Part shown: positions 1-15,257 of the stretch, in pieces
Layout of the letters: each line of letters opens with the position of its first letter
Numbering within the stretch: the first letter of the stretch is position 1
Origin: the human T2T-CHM13v2.0 reference genome, Homo sapiens
DNA: 64,000 bases
Reading direction: 5' to 3'
NCBI GenBank assembly: GCA_009914755.4
Contig: CP068257.2
Span: 19,200,001 to 19,264,000, forward strand
Translations under genes and position numbers: made by a program
The notes under the pieces: model-generated
What the model was told of the DNA's origin: nothing
Databases searched by the model: none
The model's input: the letters and a program-made list of their open reading frames with translations, nothing else

Positions 1-116
1 TGTACTCCCACCGGCAATGTATGATTCTTTCCATTCATTTTTCCAATCACAGAAATTTAATCAATTTCTTGATATTTGTTAATCTAATAACTGAAACAAA
101 TGTTCTTTTACTTTAG

Positions 117-496
<380 letters not shown>

Positions 497-1139
497 TGAG
501 TCACTTTGTTTTTCCATGAACTGTCTGTTCACATATGTGACAATTTTAAAAGTCAGATGGTTGGTCTGTTCCTTACAATTTGTACAAGCTCCTCACATAT
601 TGAATAAATAAAATATTTATGATATAAGAGGAATTATAGTTAACTAGCATCATTCAAGTGTTTCAGGTGTTTAAGACTGAAGAAAAAGAGCACGGACTTT
701 CACAAACTGATTGGTACATGGATATTATTCAGCTCAGGGGATAAATTTTCAAATTTATAATATAGAAAGTCCTATCACTTTATATTATCTCCAGCAACTT
801 GCATGGTTTAAAAAATTATCTCATACTATTTTCCATGCTCTAATTTTTTAAATTTTATTTTTAATTGACATGTAATAATTGTCCATATTTATGGGATACA
901 TAGTGATATCTTCATACTATGTATATATGCTTAGTGATTAGATCAGAGTAATTACCATATCCGTCATCCAATTGTACACTTAATCATCTCAAACATTTAT
1001 CATATATTTGTGTTGGGAACATTTAATATCCTCCTGCTAGCTATTTGAAACTATATATCATTGGTAACTATAGTCATATAACAGTGCTATGAAAATTAGA
1101 ACTTATTTCTCCTATCTAGCTATAACAGATCTTTCCCTA

Positions 1140-1665
1140 TCCTGTTGGGAACAAGCCCCCCCCAAAATCTGGCCATAAACTGGCCCCAAAACTGGCCATA
1201 AACACAATCTCTGCAGCACTGTGACATGTTCGTGATGGCCATAAAGCCCACGCTGGAAGACTGTGGGTTTACCGGAATGAGGGCAAGGAATACCTGGCCT
1301 GCCCAGGGCGGAAAACCGCTTAAAGGCATTCTTAAGCCACAAACAATAGCATGAGTGATTGTGCCTTAAGGACAAGCTCCTGCTGCAGTTAACCAGCCCA
1401 ACCTATGCCTTTAATTCGGCCCACCGCTTTGTTTCCCATAAAGGATACTTTTAGTTAATTTAATATCTATAGAAACAATGGTAATGACTGGCTCACTGTT
1501 AATAAATACGTGGGTAAATCTCTGTTCGGAGCTCTCAGCTATGAAGGCTGTGAGACCCCGATTTCCCACTTCACACCTCTGTATTTCTGTGTGTGTGTGT
1601 CTTTAATTCCCCTAGCACCGCTGGGTTAGGGTCTACCAGACTGAGCTGGTCTTGGCATTATCCCC
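1140..1665. mobile_element. Unclassified CpG-retaining repeat, possibly a solitary ERV LTR
   Basis: There is a repeated motif 'ctggccataaac…ctggccccaaaactggccataaac'. An AATAAA at about 1502 is followed by a 'gagctctcagct…ttcccacttcacacctctg' R/U5-like segment. The roughly 500 bp contains at least 10 CpGs, which is unusual for old repeats. I do not recognise the family. Confidence 0.3.
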
Positions 1666-1679
1666 CTTTTCCCCTATCT

Positions 1680-2615
1680 TTCCAGACTCCAGCATATTGT
1701 GTTTTACTTTTTGCTTCTACAAAATCAACTTTGTTTAGCTTCCACATAAGTGACACCATGCATTGTTCATTGTGTTCCTGGCTTTCGTATTTAACACAAT
1801 GGCCTCCAGCTCCACTTCTGTTATCTCAAATGATCGAATTTTGTTTTTATGGCTACATAGTATTCAAATGTGGTGTATATGCCACATATATTTCATTTGT
1901 TGTTGGATCCCTAGGTTGATTCCATATCTCAGCTATTGTGACTAGTGCTGCAATAAACACTGAGAGTCAGGAGTCTCTTCAATGTACTGATTTCCTTTTC
2001 TTTGAACCAATGTTCAGTATTTCGGTAATGGATGATATGGTAGTTCTATTTGTAGTTGGCAGAGGAACCTCCATACTTTTCACCATAGTGTCTGTATTAG
2101 TTTACATTTCCACCCATAGTGTGTAAGAGTTCCCTATTCTCCACATCTTCACTAGTATTTGATATTTTTTGTCTTATTGATAGTATCAATCTTAATTGGG
2201 GTGGGATGATATCTCATTGCAGTTTTGATTTCCATATCTCTGAAGATTAGTGAAGTTGAGCATTTTTTAATATATTTGTTGGTCATTAGTATGTCTTCTT
2301 TTGAGAAATGTCTGCTCAGATCTTTTGCCTATTTTTTAATTGGATGCCTGGTTTGTTTGTATTTTCTTTTTTTGAGATGATTAAGTTCCTTGTATGTTCA
2401 GGATATTAAATTCTATCAGATAAATAGTCTGCAAATATTTTATCCCATTCTGTATGTTGCCATTTTACTCTGTTGATTGGTTTCTGTGCTTTACAGAAGC
2501 TTGTTAGTTTGATAAAATCCCATTTGCTTAATTTTGCTTTTGTTGCCTGTGCTTTTGAGGTCTTATTCATAAACTATTTCCCCAGACTGATGTCTTGAAG
2601 CCCGAATTTTTAATA
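1680..2615 (-). mobile_element. L1 (LINE-1) fragment covering the 3' part of ORF2 and the start of the 3'UTR, antisense
   Basis: Antisense L1 consensus strings are present: 'ataagtgacaccatgc…ttttatggctacatagtattc…gttgattccatatctcagctattgtgactagtgctgcaataaacac…gatttgcat(t)tctctgaagattagtgaagttgagcatttttt…cccatttgcttaattttgcttttgttgcctgtgcttttgaggtc'. Confidence 0.8.
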
Positions 2616-3160
2616 TCAGAAATATTTGACAATTTAATAGAGTGCTTAGTATTACAATAAAGTGGTACTAAAGAATAAACATCATTGCAGAACAACGCAA
2701 TACAAAAAAAGCAGGGAGAATAAATAGAGGTGTGTGGCCTGCAAAAACCTTAGAAGACTCTGTGGAAACAGTAAGAATTCAACCAAAACTTGAAAGGAGT
2801 AAGATTTAAATGGGAAAAGAAAAGTATTTAGAGCATGACTCTTTTAAGAATGGCATAAGAGAAATCATGACTATAGATGGATTAGTATGTTGTACTAGTG
2901 AGAAGAACAGTTGGGCATCTATTAAAAATACTGATGAATGATAATGAATTCTGAAGACCTTGAATATATTAATGCTTTGGGCAATAGAAGGTCATTGGAG
3001 ATTCTTGAATTATGCAGAAGAAAGGTGTTTTAAAGGATATTCTCCAAAACTAACCTGGGATATCAATGTGATTTGTATTGAAAGAAGGTGAAAAAGGAAA
3101 TAGAGACACCAGATAAAATAATGTATTATAAAATATCTACTTAAAAGAATTGCTAGAGAA

Positions 3161-3270
3161 CCAGGTGTAGTGGTGCATGCCTGTAGTCCCAGCTACTTGG
3201 GAGGCTGAGGCAGGAGAACTGTTTTAACTCAGAAGTTCAAGTCCATCCTGGGCAACATAGTGACACTTTA
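3161..3270 (+). mobile_element. Free Alu monomer (FRAM/FLAM-like)
   Basis: The segment 'ccaggtgtagtggtgcatgcctgtagtcccagctacttgggaggctgaggcaggagaa…cctgggcaacatagtgaca' is followed by an A/T-rich tail. It is monomer length only. Confidence 0.75.
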
Positions 3271-3376
3271 TCACTGAAAAACTTTTTTTTTAAGTAAATA
3301 AAGTCCTATATCACTTAATTATACACTTAAAAATTGTAAAGATCGTAAATGTTATATGTGTATTTTACCTTCATTA

Positions 3377-3675
<299 letters not shown>

Positions 3676-5664
3676 TCTACAAAAATTAAAAATAAATGAA
3701 TAAATAAAAATACCTCAAGATAGTGAAAAGAAAAAAGACTTGGTAAAATTCGAGTGGCTCCGTGATATGTGTATAAAACAATAAACTGAATGTCTTTTAA
3801 AATACACATTTCAGAATGATCAGGAAAGATCACATCTTGAGATTATCATTGTATAATTATTATATTTAAACTTTCAGTCAAAAACTCAAGGATTATTCTG
3901 AGTATAATTATAGAAAAGCATTAAATATATATTTGTCATCCCCTTAATATTCCAATATCTCATTGTAAGTGTAAAACACTGTCAAAATTTAATACTCAAA
4001 CTGAGATTTAGTACCTGTATGCTGGTTTGATTAGGCAGATAAAAAAATGTATTCTGTAAAACTTTATAATGGGGATTTTGAGAAGTATAGTTTTCTCACC
4101 TAATTTTGCCTCTACAACATTCAATCTGCAATAGAATTTTGGGATGATTTCATTAACCTCTTTCTCATTAGAGAATGAAATATTCAGTCAACTAGAACAT
4201 TAAAAGAAACTATTGCGCTCTTCCTCTAATGAGAGGAAGAACTTCAACCACTCTGGTTTCAGCTGGATTAATGAACAGATCCCCTTTTCCTTACTGAAGT
4301 AGCTGTGATTGACCCTAACTTTTCTTGCCCTAATACAAAATCATGGAGACGTGATTTTCAGGGCATCCCAATTTGCTGTCTCATTAATTCTCATTTTTAT
4401 TTGATGGGTTCTTAGGCACTAGTGCCTCTGCTTCTTTCATCAATACTACCTTCTCTTTAACTTGATCTTGGTGCTGGCCACTTGAAGTTTTGTACCACAG
4501 GAGTGTTGATGAAAGCTCATGGAAATAAATCAATTCATCAGAACTGTTGTAATCAGATATTCAGCATCAACTTTCACTTTGTGAAAAACTAATGGGTTTG
4601 GTAACAAAGTGGCTATGAAAGGCAACGGAATGAGATTTGCAGTTTATATTTCTCATTTAGCCCAATGCTTTTCTTTAAAGTATGTGTCACTGAAAGACAG
4701 TGTTCAATATAAAATTGTGTTTATCATACCATTGAATATGTATACTCAAAGTTCTATTGATGATGTAATAATTTGTTTTAATGTTAACTTTATGTTTGAG
4801 AAAAATAGTAAGAATATTTAGTTATTTTAAGGTAATTACACATTATCAACTGGAATCAATGAATATTTCAAAGCCACCAGAAATCATAGAAAATTGAACA
4901 GTTGTAGGGGATTAGTTTAATATCAAATAAGAACCAAGAACTTTGACACAATTATTTTTGGTGTGGCAAAGTTTGCTAGCTAACCATCAATCCCATTTTT
5001 CTTCATTTTGGGCACACAAGCTATATTTTACATCCTCTCTTACAGTTAAGAGGAGCAATATGGTTAAGTTCCAGCCAATTAGTTCTAGCATTAGCAGCTT
5101 CCATGTGGTATTAAAACTTTCAACGCAGACTGCAAGAATTGAGGCTTGTGAGCCTCCGCCTAGATTTCAGAAGATGTATGGAAAAGCCTAAATGTCCAGG
5201 CAGAATCCTGGAGAACATCTATTAGGGCAGTGCAGAGGGAAAATGTGTGGTTGGCATCCCCACACAAAGTCCCCACTGAGGCACTGCCTAGTGGAGCTAT
5301 GAGGAGAGGGCCACTGTCCTCCAGACTCCAGAATGATAGATCCACTAGCAGCTTGCACCCTGCACCTGAAATAAAACGTAACGTGACACACACCAAAAAA
5401 CTTCCCACAAACTATAATTCACCTCCACCCCCACTTTGTGACCTTGGAAGCCAGGCTTTAAAGATGAGAGGGCCAAAAATACAAAGGGTGACACAAGCCT
5501 TAACTTGCCACTTGAAGTCAATCTGCCTGTCAATGATGCATATTAATTTTGAGCTTTCCATGAGTGAGAGTTTACATTGTTTTAAACGGTTGGAATTTTG
5601 CAATTTATTGTTAAACAACTAGTTTAATCTTAATTAAAATACTCAGAAAGAGTTTTTAGAAAAG

Positions 5665-5935
5665 CTGTCTTAATACATTTAGGCTGCTTTAACAAAATAC
5701 CTTAGATGGGGTAATTTTTCAATAATAGAAATGTATTTCTTCAGTTCTGGAGGCTGGGACATCCAAAAACAAGGGTCTAGTAGATTTGGTGTCTGGTGAG
5801 GGCTTGATCCCTGCTTCATAGATGATGCCTCTTGCTGCATCCACACATGACAGAAGTGATGAACAGCTCCTAGTTCCTCTTTTATAAAGTTGTTAATCCC
5901 ATTCACAAGAGCTTCACAATCTATGTATTTTTAAC
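5665..5935 (-). mobile_element. ERVL-MaLR solitary LTR (MLT1/MST-like), truncated, minus orientation
   Basis: The sequence 'ggctgctttaacaaaatacc…cttcagttctggaggctgggacatccaaaaacaagg…gatttggtgtctggtgagggc…cttttataaag…cccattcacaagagc' matches the reverse-complement organisation of MaLR LTRs. Confidence 0.65.
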
Positions 5936-6018
5936 AAATTTAGCATTTACATCTGTAATCTTAAAGGTAACTTATTACCTGCAGTCTTTGTCTCCACATA
6001 TGCACAAATTAAAAGTAT
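5935..6018 (+). repeat. Arm A of an 84-bp near-perfect inverted repeat (partner at 9576-9658)
   Basis: A 70-bp run, 'caaatttagcatttacatctgtaatcttaaaggtaacttattacctgcagtctttgtctccacatatgca', then one mismatch, then a 13-bp run, 'aaattaaaagtat', exactly match the reverse complement of 9576-9658. Confidence 0.9.
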
Positions 6019-6848
6019 ACATTCCCTGTTCAAATTACTATGTGGTTTCTGTCTCCTAATTAGACCCTTATTGAAACAATAAGATTAAGTGGATATTCTC
6101 TGAGATACCCAGACATAATTCTACAGGATACCTTAATTGTCAGCAGCCCTAACTATTCTCTACAGATAGGAAATATCTGAATGCGCTGCTGGGATATCTA
6201 ATCAGCCCCAATGACACTGATAACTAAGTTTCTCCAACTAAATAGTTGAACCACATTACCCTACAGTGAGGCACACAGGAGGCAAGTGACATCCACAAGC
6301 CTAGGATTTAAACTCAGGTTTTCATTCTTCACTTTAAATGTAAACAGACAACAAAGGATTACGAAACATCTGAGGAAAACTTCTTTAAGAACAAGGTGAA
6401 CAAAACAAAGAGAAAACAATTTGAGAAGTGAAAATTATGTAAAAAGGGGAAAAGTTAAAAATAAACTAGCATTAATACTATGAGAGTTAAGAAAACATAA
6501 CACATGGCAACCATGAAAAAAATGATACTATATAAAAGATCAAAGAATATTTTGGTAATTGAAGCATAAAAACATAAAGCAAGGGTAAAATAATTAATAA
6601 ATTAAACAGACAAATTGGAATATAAAGTTGACAAAATCTCCCTGAAAGAGAAAACTTTTTAAAATAAGAAAAATAGAAGATTTGATATCAGAAGACTGCT
6701 CCAGGTAACCCAGTATTTAAGCACATGCCATTTCAGAAAGAGAATAGAGAGGGGGAGAATAATATACATAAAATAAAACAGAATGTCTCCATAATACAAG
6801 AACATAATTTGACACGTCCTGCATAATGTTTGGAAGTGGAACTATATC

Positions 6849-7261
<413 letters not shown>

Positions 7262-8049
7262 TCAGGCTCCTCAGTGGTGACACTAGAAGCTACAAGCAAT
7301 GAAACAATGCCTTCAAAATGTTGGATCCAAGTTGCTTTCAACTTTAAATATTAATCCAAAACTAAACACTCAGGAAAGAATAATTACATTTTTATTTCAC
7401 ATTTCTAAATATCTTTCTCCCATTTGTCCTTCTAGATGGTTCTGGTGTATGTGATCCAGTAAAACAAAGTAGCTAAAGAAGAAAGAGGAAACGTTGGGGT
7501 ATATGAACTAGATATTAAGTCCCCAGGATAATTCTTAAAGGAAATCTCAAGATTTCATCTGTGCAACAGACATGGAGGGTAACCAGGTCAGAACAGATCA
7601 GCCCCAAGTGCTCCAAGAGGCATCTTTAGAAAGATGAAATTGATGAAACGTCTGATGGGTAGGAATGTTGCAAGAAGAGATTTAGATATAAACAAGTGTT
7701 GTGGAGCATGTACATTACAAGCTAAGCAAATCACCACCACCAACACCACAAAAGATAACTATGAATTACAGAAATCATAGAAAATTTACAGAAAAATCAA
7801 AGTATAATTTACTTCATAACTAGCTAAGTGTTTGCATTGTTTTCATAATATAAACATTGATCTAACCAAAATTACCATGTAACAGGATTGAGAAGACGAG
7901 AGCATTTAAGTAAGTAATGGGCGAGGAAGACTAAAATTTAATTATTCTTCTATGTCAAAAATCAATAATGTTTAAACCTAAAAAATCAGAAGTTACCAAC
8001 CCAATCACAAAATTTAGCAGTGAGGAGGTAAATTGAAAGACTGAACTGA

Positions 8050-8431
<382 letters not shown>

Positions 8432-8920
8432 TCCACTGGTTTTCATGAGAAGCCTTGGGGAGTTATTTTACGCTTTGAATTATATGAGTGCATTAATGTC
8501 ATAAAAAACACTTTAAAAATATTAATGTCGCTGTATTTGTGGATTAAATTTGAAAAATGTTGTTCTAATCACCTGTTAGATTATTTCACATTTCTCATAC
8601 ATTTTGTAGCAGCAGTTTGAGGAAATGAAACATTGATTATGTTAACTAACTTAAAATATATAATGTAATGAAAGAAAAATTATTCGTGTGGTATAGGAAT
8701 AGTTTTGCTATTTACTGTAAACACCTTTTTCTCTACAATTCAAAGATAGTCTGGCCATCATTTAGCCAGAATGTTAGGTTCTTTAAAATGTTACCTGTAA
8801 TGACAGAAAAATATATTTAGCTATTCTTCATAAAATATGTTCATCTTTACTAGAGTTTCACTTTTTGTAACCAACAGCTTCATTTTATTATTAGCATAAT
8901 CTAATTTCATGATAAAATAG

Positions 8921-9388
<468 letters not shown>

Positions 9389-9575
9389 TAGTGGGTATAG
9401 TGGGTATACCAGCATATACCCAAAGCATAGTAGCTATATCAGCACACAATTTGTCAATCTCCTCCAACTACTGATCTGGAATTCACTTATAAATTGCCTC
9501 TTTATCTATGGCTGTTTATGTTTTAAACTTTTATTTGTCTGGCCTGTGAATTAGTAGTCTCTAGTTAAAAACACA

Positions 9576-9658
9576 TACTTTTAATTTCTGCATATGTGGA
9601 GACAAAGACTGCAGGTAATAAGTTACCTTTAAGATTACAGATGTAAATGCTAAATTTG
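9576..9658 (-). repeat. Arm B of the 84-bp inverted repeat (partner at 5935-6018)
   Basis: The sequence 'atacttttaatttctgcatatgtggagacaaagactgcaggtaataagttacctttaagattacagatgtaaatgctaaatttg' is the reverse complement of arm A with one mismatch. Confidence 0.9.
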
Positions 9659-10989
9659 CTAGGATACTATTTATTATTGTAGTTCTTCTATTTCACTTCT
9701 CATTTAAAAACTACAAAACCTCTATCAACATGTTGCTTCAAATTAAATTTGGTTGCAGACTAAAAAAAAGTTTACCAGTTAGGCAATGTAAATAGGATTT
9801 TTTCCTGTTTATGAGGAAAGAAAGGACAGTTTTACTGCTTTCGCTTTATCCAGTCACACTTTATCTAGGAAGTGGATTTCATGAAAAATACTTCTAGGAA
9901 AATAAGAGGGGGCTTGTTGCCGGTTATCCCCTTTATAGCTCCTCCTGAATCGAAAGTTTTTTTGTCTTCTCCACAGCTATTTCTATTCTGTCCCATTTCT
10001 GGCTTCCAGATTTTAAATTAGTAAAACAAAAAAAATGATTCTAGCAACTTGGGTTTTCAAACAATTTAATAAGTTGCCTTAAATATTCTTTATCTTCTTT
10101 TCATTGGACTTATTCAAGTAAAGATTGGATAAGTTTTTTTTGTCAGAAATCTTTAAGGAAGAGTTCCCATATTTGAAAGGAAACCAAATCACAGTAACTC
10201 CAAAATTCCTTCTAATTCCACATCATTATGGTTTTGAAGTCACCAACATTCTTACAAATATTTCCGTATATCAGATGAACCTAACATGATGAGTTTAGGG
10301 TGGCAATAAAGTCTAGAATAGATGAATATACACAAGTGGTTATATTACAAAATGTACACTACAACATAGCTACAATACAAGGTGATATTACATGCTTTAT
10401 GTTTTCAGACTTTAAGTTCATCCTACATAATTTCAATAATAATGAACTTTTAATTTTGGCCAATTAGTACTGTGCAGGATATAGAATAATTTGAAATTAT
10501 CAGCCATTATCCTTAAGGTTCATTCTACATGAATGTTAGATAATTATGCTTTTTAGCTAATTAAAACTGCGGTAATTGAATTTTGGACATCATTGTCCAT
10601 ATAAAGCATTTTATAAAGAAATAATGGATCCTAAGGTCTTAGGAGCTGTTGGACAAAAATCACTGTGGAAAGTTTGATATTTAATCTCGCTGCAAGCAAA
10701 AGTTGGAAGTAGAGAATTCCGTTGAAAGAGCAGCAATATCTTAGCAGTTCATCTGAATAGAGAATCAAAAATGATCTTGATCCAAGTTGTGTACATCTAA
10801 ATATAACAAGGTCTTGCCACTAACTAGAGACTGCGCAAAATAAATACACATAACCGGTGAGATGAAATCTCACGTTTGTATTGAGACATGAGCATCATGG
10901 GCCTGGAAAGGTTTCAGCAGGACTAGTAATATTCTGATATTATACAAAACCTGTGTTCACCTGTTAACCTGACTGAATATGTCACGGCT

Positions 10990-11020
10990 TGTTGTTTGTT
11001 TGTTTGTTTGTTTGTTTGTG
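10990..11020. repeat. (TTTG)n microsatellite
   Basis: The run is 'ttgtttgtttgtttgtttgtttgtttgtg'. Confidence 0.95.
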
Positions 11021-11909
11021 GTGAAGAAAATATGTGATTTGTTCCCTTTGTCTTTGCCTTTTTTTAAAATCTAAACAATAGGTTTATCATTTGGTATTTA
11101 AACCCTCTCTCTTTTATTAGTTCACGATTTCTTTTTTAATAGTACAGATGTTTTTGTTTTTCTGTAATGTTTCCTTCAGGGAATTTTTTTCCACATTTCA
11201 TTCATTTCTTACTCCTTCAACCCTCGTGCTGATGCTGACCATTCTCAAAGGTAAATCACCTGACATCTAAAACTGCTTGACAGCATTGAGAGCATTTCTA
11301 AAATCTATAAGAACAGCACTTTAAATTTTAAAGGATTTTTCCCTTCTTTCTGAGTAACGGTAAATCTGGTTGATGTCAATCTTGGACTGATAGTGTTGAA
11401 GTCACTTGGAAGACTGCATTCATTAAGTAGTTTTGATGAGAACAGAGTTCTCTTAATGCATTTTCAAAATGGATAAATGCAACACACACAACAGAAACTA
11501 AGTATTATTCTCAAAGAAAAGGAACTACTTTTTTTGGAGTTCAAAGAATGTTTGCTAGATTTATGTTTTAGGTCTTTATTGACAAAAAATATATTAAATA
11601 TTTTTGAAACCTCTTTTAGTTGAAAACAGAATGATAGTTGAATATTTAAGCAGGTAACTATTCATATAAATAGTTTTATTCATAAAAATACCTGATGGCA
11701 AACATATATTTCAAATAAAAGGGGTGCAAAATGTTAATTTTCTTGAAACGGAGAATAACTGCTAATGTTGTTACATTATTTATGACATTTATAGTCCAAA
11801 ATATTTTCTGTGAATTTGGACTTTAAAACACGTAGGAGTCCCGCTGGAAATTCACACTTAATAATTTGCACCCAAACTTCATAAATCTACGGTTTCCACA
11901 AAAGCCAGA

Positions 11910-12328
11910 GTTCATTTGTGTTGCCATAAAGGAATACCCGAGACTGGTAATTTCTAAGGAAGAAAGGTTTATTTGACTCATGGTTCTTCTGCAGGCTATA
12001 CAAAAAGCATTGCAGTGGTATCTGCAACTGGTGAGGACCTCAGACTTCTTCCACTCATGGTAAGGGGAAAGGGAAGCTGGTATGCAGAGATTATTTGGCA
12101 AGGGCAGAAGCAAGAGAAGGGAGGGAGGAGTCAGGATCTTTTTAACAATCAGTTCTCGTGGGAACTAACAGAGCGATAACTCACTCATTACCTCAAGTAC
12201 AGCACTAAGCCATTCATTAGAGATTCACCCCCCATGACCTAAATACCTTCCCTCAGGCCCCACTTTTAACATTGGAAATCAGATTTCAATATGAGATTGG
12301 AGGTGACAAGTATCCAAATTATATCACC
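11910..12328 (-). mobile_element. ERVL-MaLR solitary LTR (THE1/MST-like), minus orientation
   Basis: The sequence 'aaggaatacccgagactggtaatttctaaggaagaaaggtttatttgactcatggttc…atctgcaactggtgaggacctcagac…caatcagttctcgtgggaactaa…ccccccatgacctaaatacc…ttcaatatgagattggaggtgacaagtatccaaattatatca' matches the reverse complement of the THE1/MST consensus, including the 'tacccgagactgggtaatttataaag' and 'agatctcgtgag' landmarks. Confidence 0.75.
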
Positions 12329-15257
12329 AACCTTACTTACGCTGATATTTGTTTAATTAGAGTTATATTTGTGCTTCTGTTTTAAAATGTAATAGTTGCT
12401 CAGTTAAACTGCAGACCTTACCCCTGAGATGCAATTGTTACCTCTGAGGTCTTAAGTAACTTGTTCAAGATCATGCAACTAGCACATCATCAAAATAAGG
12501 ATATAAGTCCAGGCATCTACCTGATGTTTATGCTCATAATGACTTGGCTCTAATCCACGGATTTAAGAAAAGGAAGTTCAGAGTTTTCAGCCTATATAAG
12601 CAGAACTCAGTATCAAAGTATAGTTTGATAATGCATGATTTTATAAATTTAACTATACATCGGGTGAAAGATACCTCACTTTAGAGTAGAAAACTCAAAT
12701 GCTCAGAGAATATGGGAAGCATTCCAAGGACAATCTAAAACAAAATTAAATACAGATCAAGCAAATTTTATCTTTAAAGTAAAATTAAAAGTGAACCAGC
12801 TGTCAAATAAAATGTAAGAATGAAGTAATGATTAGTGATATTCATAAGGTTTAGTCAGTGGTTGTCACCATAGCTGAAGACTTTATTCATAATTCTACAA
12901 ATAGCGTTGGAAGTGTGTCTCTTGAGAAAGAGGTGAAGCCAAGTGGTGATTTTTTTTCCTTCAATTTAGGATAAGAAAGCAATGGATGAGGAATTAAAAT
13001 TATAAAAAAAGTAATTGATGGCAGAATTTCCCAGTGCAGGCATTAGCATCAATAACCTAGGATTCTGGATTATATTTTCAAAGAGTAATATGGAAGAAAA
13101 GAAGAATGAATAAGAATTGAGGAGATAAAGGGGAGCAAATTGTGAATTGCTCAGGCTTGATGTGGATATGCTCAATTAGTTAAAGCAATGTCTTTCATCC
13201 TGTGAAATTGTCATGACAGCGAATTGAGTAATCCTTCACAAAGGAAAAAAGCTTCTCAATGAATATTTAATTTTTCTCTTGAAAAATGCAAAATCCTTCT
13301 GATGTACACTGTTATGGTTAAACCGATAAGTAAGAACAACAGCAACAGAGAAAGGAACATCAAATTTCCATTTGATGATTGCTTTTAAAACTGTGTGTGA
13401 ACTATCATATAATAGATCTGCTGCCATAGGCATCACTTTGTTTCTATGATTATTTTAAGCAGGTTTAATAAGTTCTTCTCTTTACTTGATAATTACCAGC
13501 AGTAGACATGACAAAGTTATTAAAAAGTCAGCAAGGTTGTGTATGAAATCTGACATCTTTGTGGAATCCCAAGAGTATTTCCACCCCATTTTTAAAGTTT
13601 GTTTGGCTTCTATTACATAAAATCTTAAAAAAACTGCTTAATCCATTTTTAAAAATAACAAATAATACATGTTATATGACAGATTAACACATATATATTT
13701 CTCGTTTCTCCTTGATTTAAGAATAAAAGTATTTATGCAGCAGGAGTCAGCAGCATGCTGTAATGTAGTAACGATCTGATCAGAGTGAAGTACATATGTT
13801 TTCATCCTTAGAACTTGCTCTGTCTAGGCAAAGTGGACTTACATGGTTTTCACTCCTGTGTGGTGGCCCTCATTAGTGGCCACCATAATTTATAATATGT
13901 GCAATTATAATATTTATAATATGTGTGATTTGTTTATATGACTGGACCCTCCCAATAGGTTCATTTGCCGCTGCCTAAATAGAGCTGATTTATCAAGACA
14001 GAGGAATTGCAATAGAGAAAGAAAGCGTTTAATTCACATAGAGCCAGCTGAACAGAAGACCAGAGTTTTACTATTACTCAAATAAGTCTCCCTCAAAATT
14101 TAGAGAGTGGGGTTTTTTAAGGATAATTTGGTGGGTATGGGGCCAGGGAATGGGGATTGCTAACTGATCGGGTTGGAAATGAAATCATAGGAAGTCAAAG
14201 CTGTCCTCTTGCACTGAATCAGTTCCTGGGTAGGGCCCCAAGACCACATGAGCCAGTTTATTGATCTGGGTGGTGCCAGCTGATCCATGGAGCGTAGGAT
14301 CTGAAAAATAGCTCAAGCAACAATCCTAGGTTTTGCAACAGTGATGTTTTCCCTAGCAGCAATTGGGGAGGTTTTGAATCTTGTGGCCTCTAGCTGCATG
14401 ACTCCTAACCCATAATTTCTACTCTTGTAGCTAATTTGTTAGTCCTACAAAGGCAGTCTTGTCCCCAGGCAAGAATGGGGGTGGTTTCAGGAAAGGGCTG
14501 TAACCATCTTTGTTTCAAAGTTAAGCTATAAACCAAATTCCTCCCAAAGTTAGTTTGGCATACTACCAGGAATGAACAAGGACAGCTTGGAGGTTACAAG
14601 CAAGATGGAGTTGGTTAGGTCAGATCTTTTTCACTGTCATAATTTTCTCACTGTTATAATTTTTGCAAAGGCGGTTTCATGACCACCTCTATTTTTGAAA
14701 GACAAAACATACAATTTTAAAAAGAGAACATTTTCAAAAATAACTTCTAGTCAGGATTTTTTTTAAGCAAAGATGATAAGAATCTACATATAGAGCTCAA
14801 TCTTGTTTGAAATTAGGAACCCAATATTATAAATAGCATGATTTATTAATAAATGTAAGTTCTTGATTAGGTTGGGCCCTACATCTCTAACTTGTATAAT
14901 AACTTCCCAATTCTTCACATGAAAACTTTATTTTCATTCAAATGAAAAGCGGGCTTAATATAGTTTTGGATCAAATTTTTCCCCAATCTTGGAAGCTCTG
15001 AGGCTATTGTATCATGCATGATAGAATCATGTACACTTTATCTGTTCCTGCAAGCAAATTATTAGTATTTTTTTTGAGAAACCATTACGGAATGTGTTAA
15101 TAATGATAAATTACTTAAAATTGTGATTTAAAGGCATACAACATATTATGGATAATAAGAGCTAACATATGTTGATTATTCCTGTGTGACAGCCATTCTT
15201 CTAAATGTTTTACATGTATAACTCGTGTAATGCCCACAGCAACCCTATGAGATAAAG

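Noticed and set aside
1593-2126. Three plus-strand ORFs of 60-108 aa.
   Set aside because: They fall on the antisense strand of an L1 fragment. They are chance ORFs in transposon sequence.
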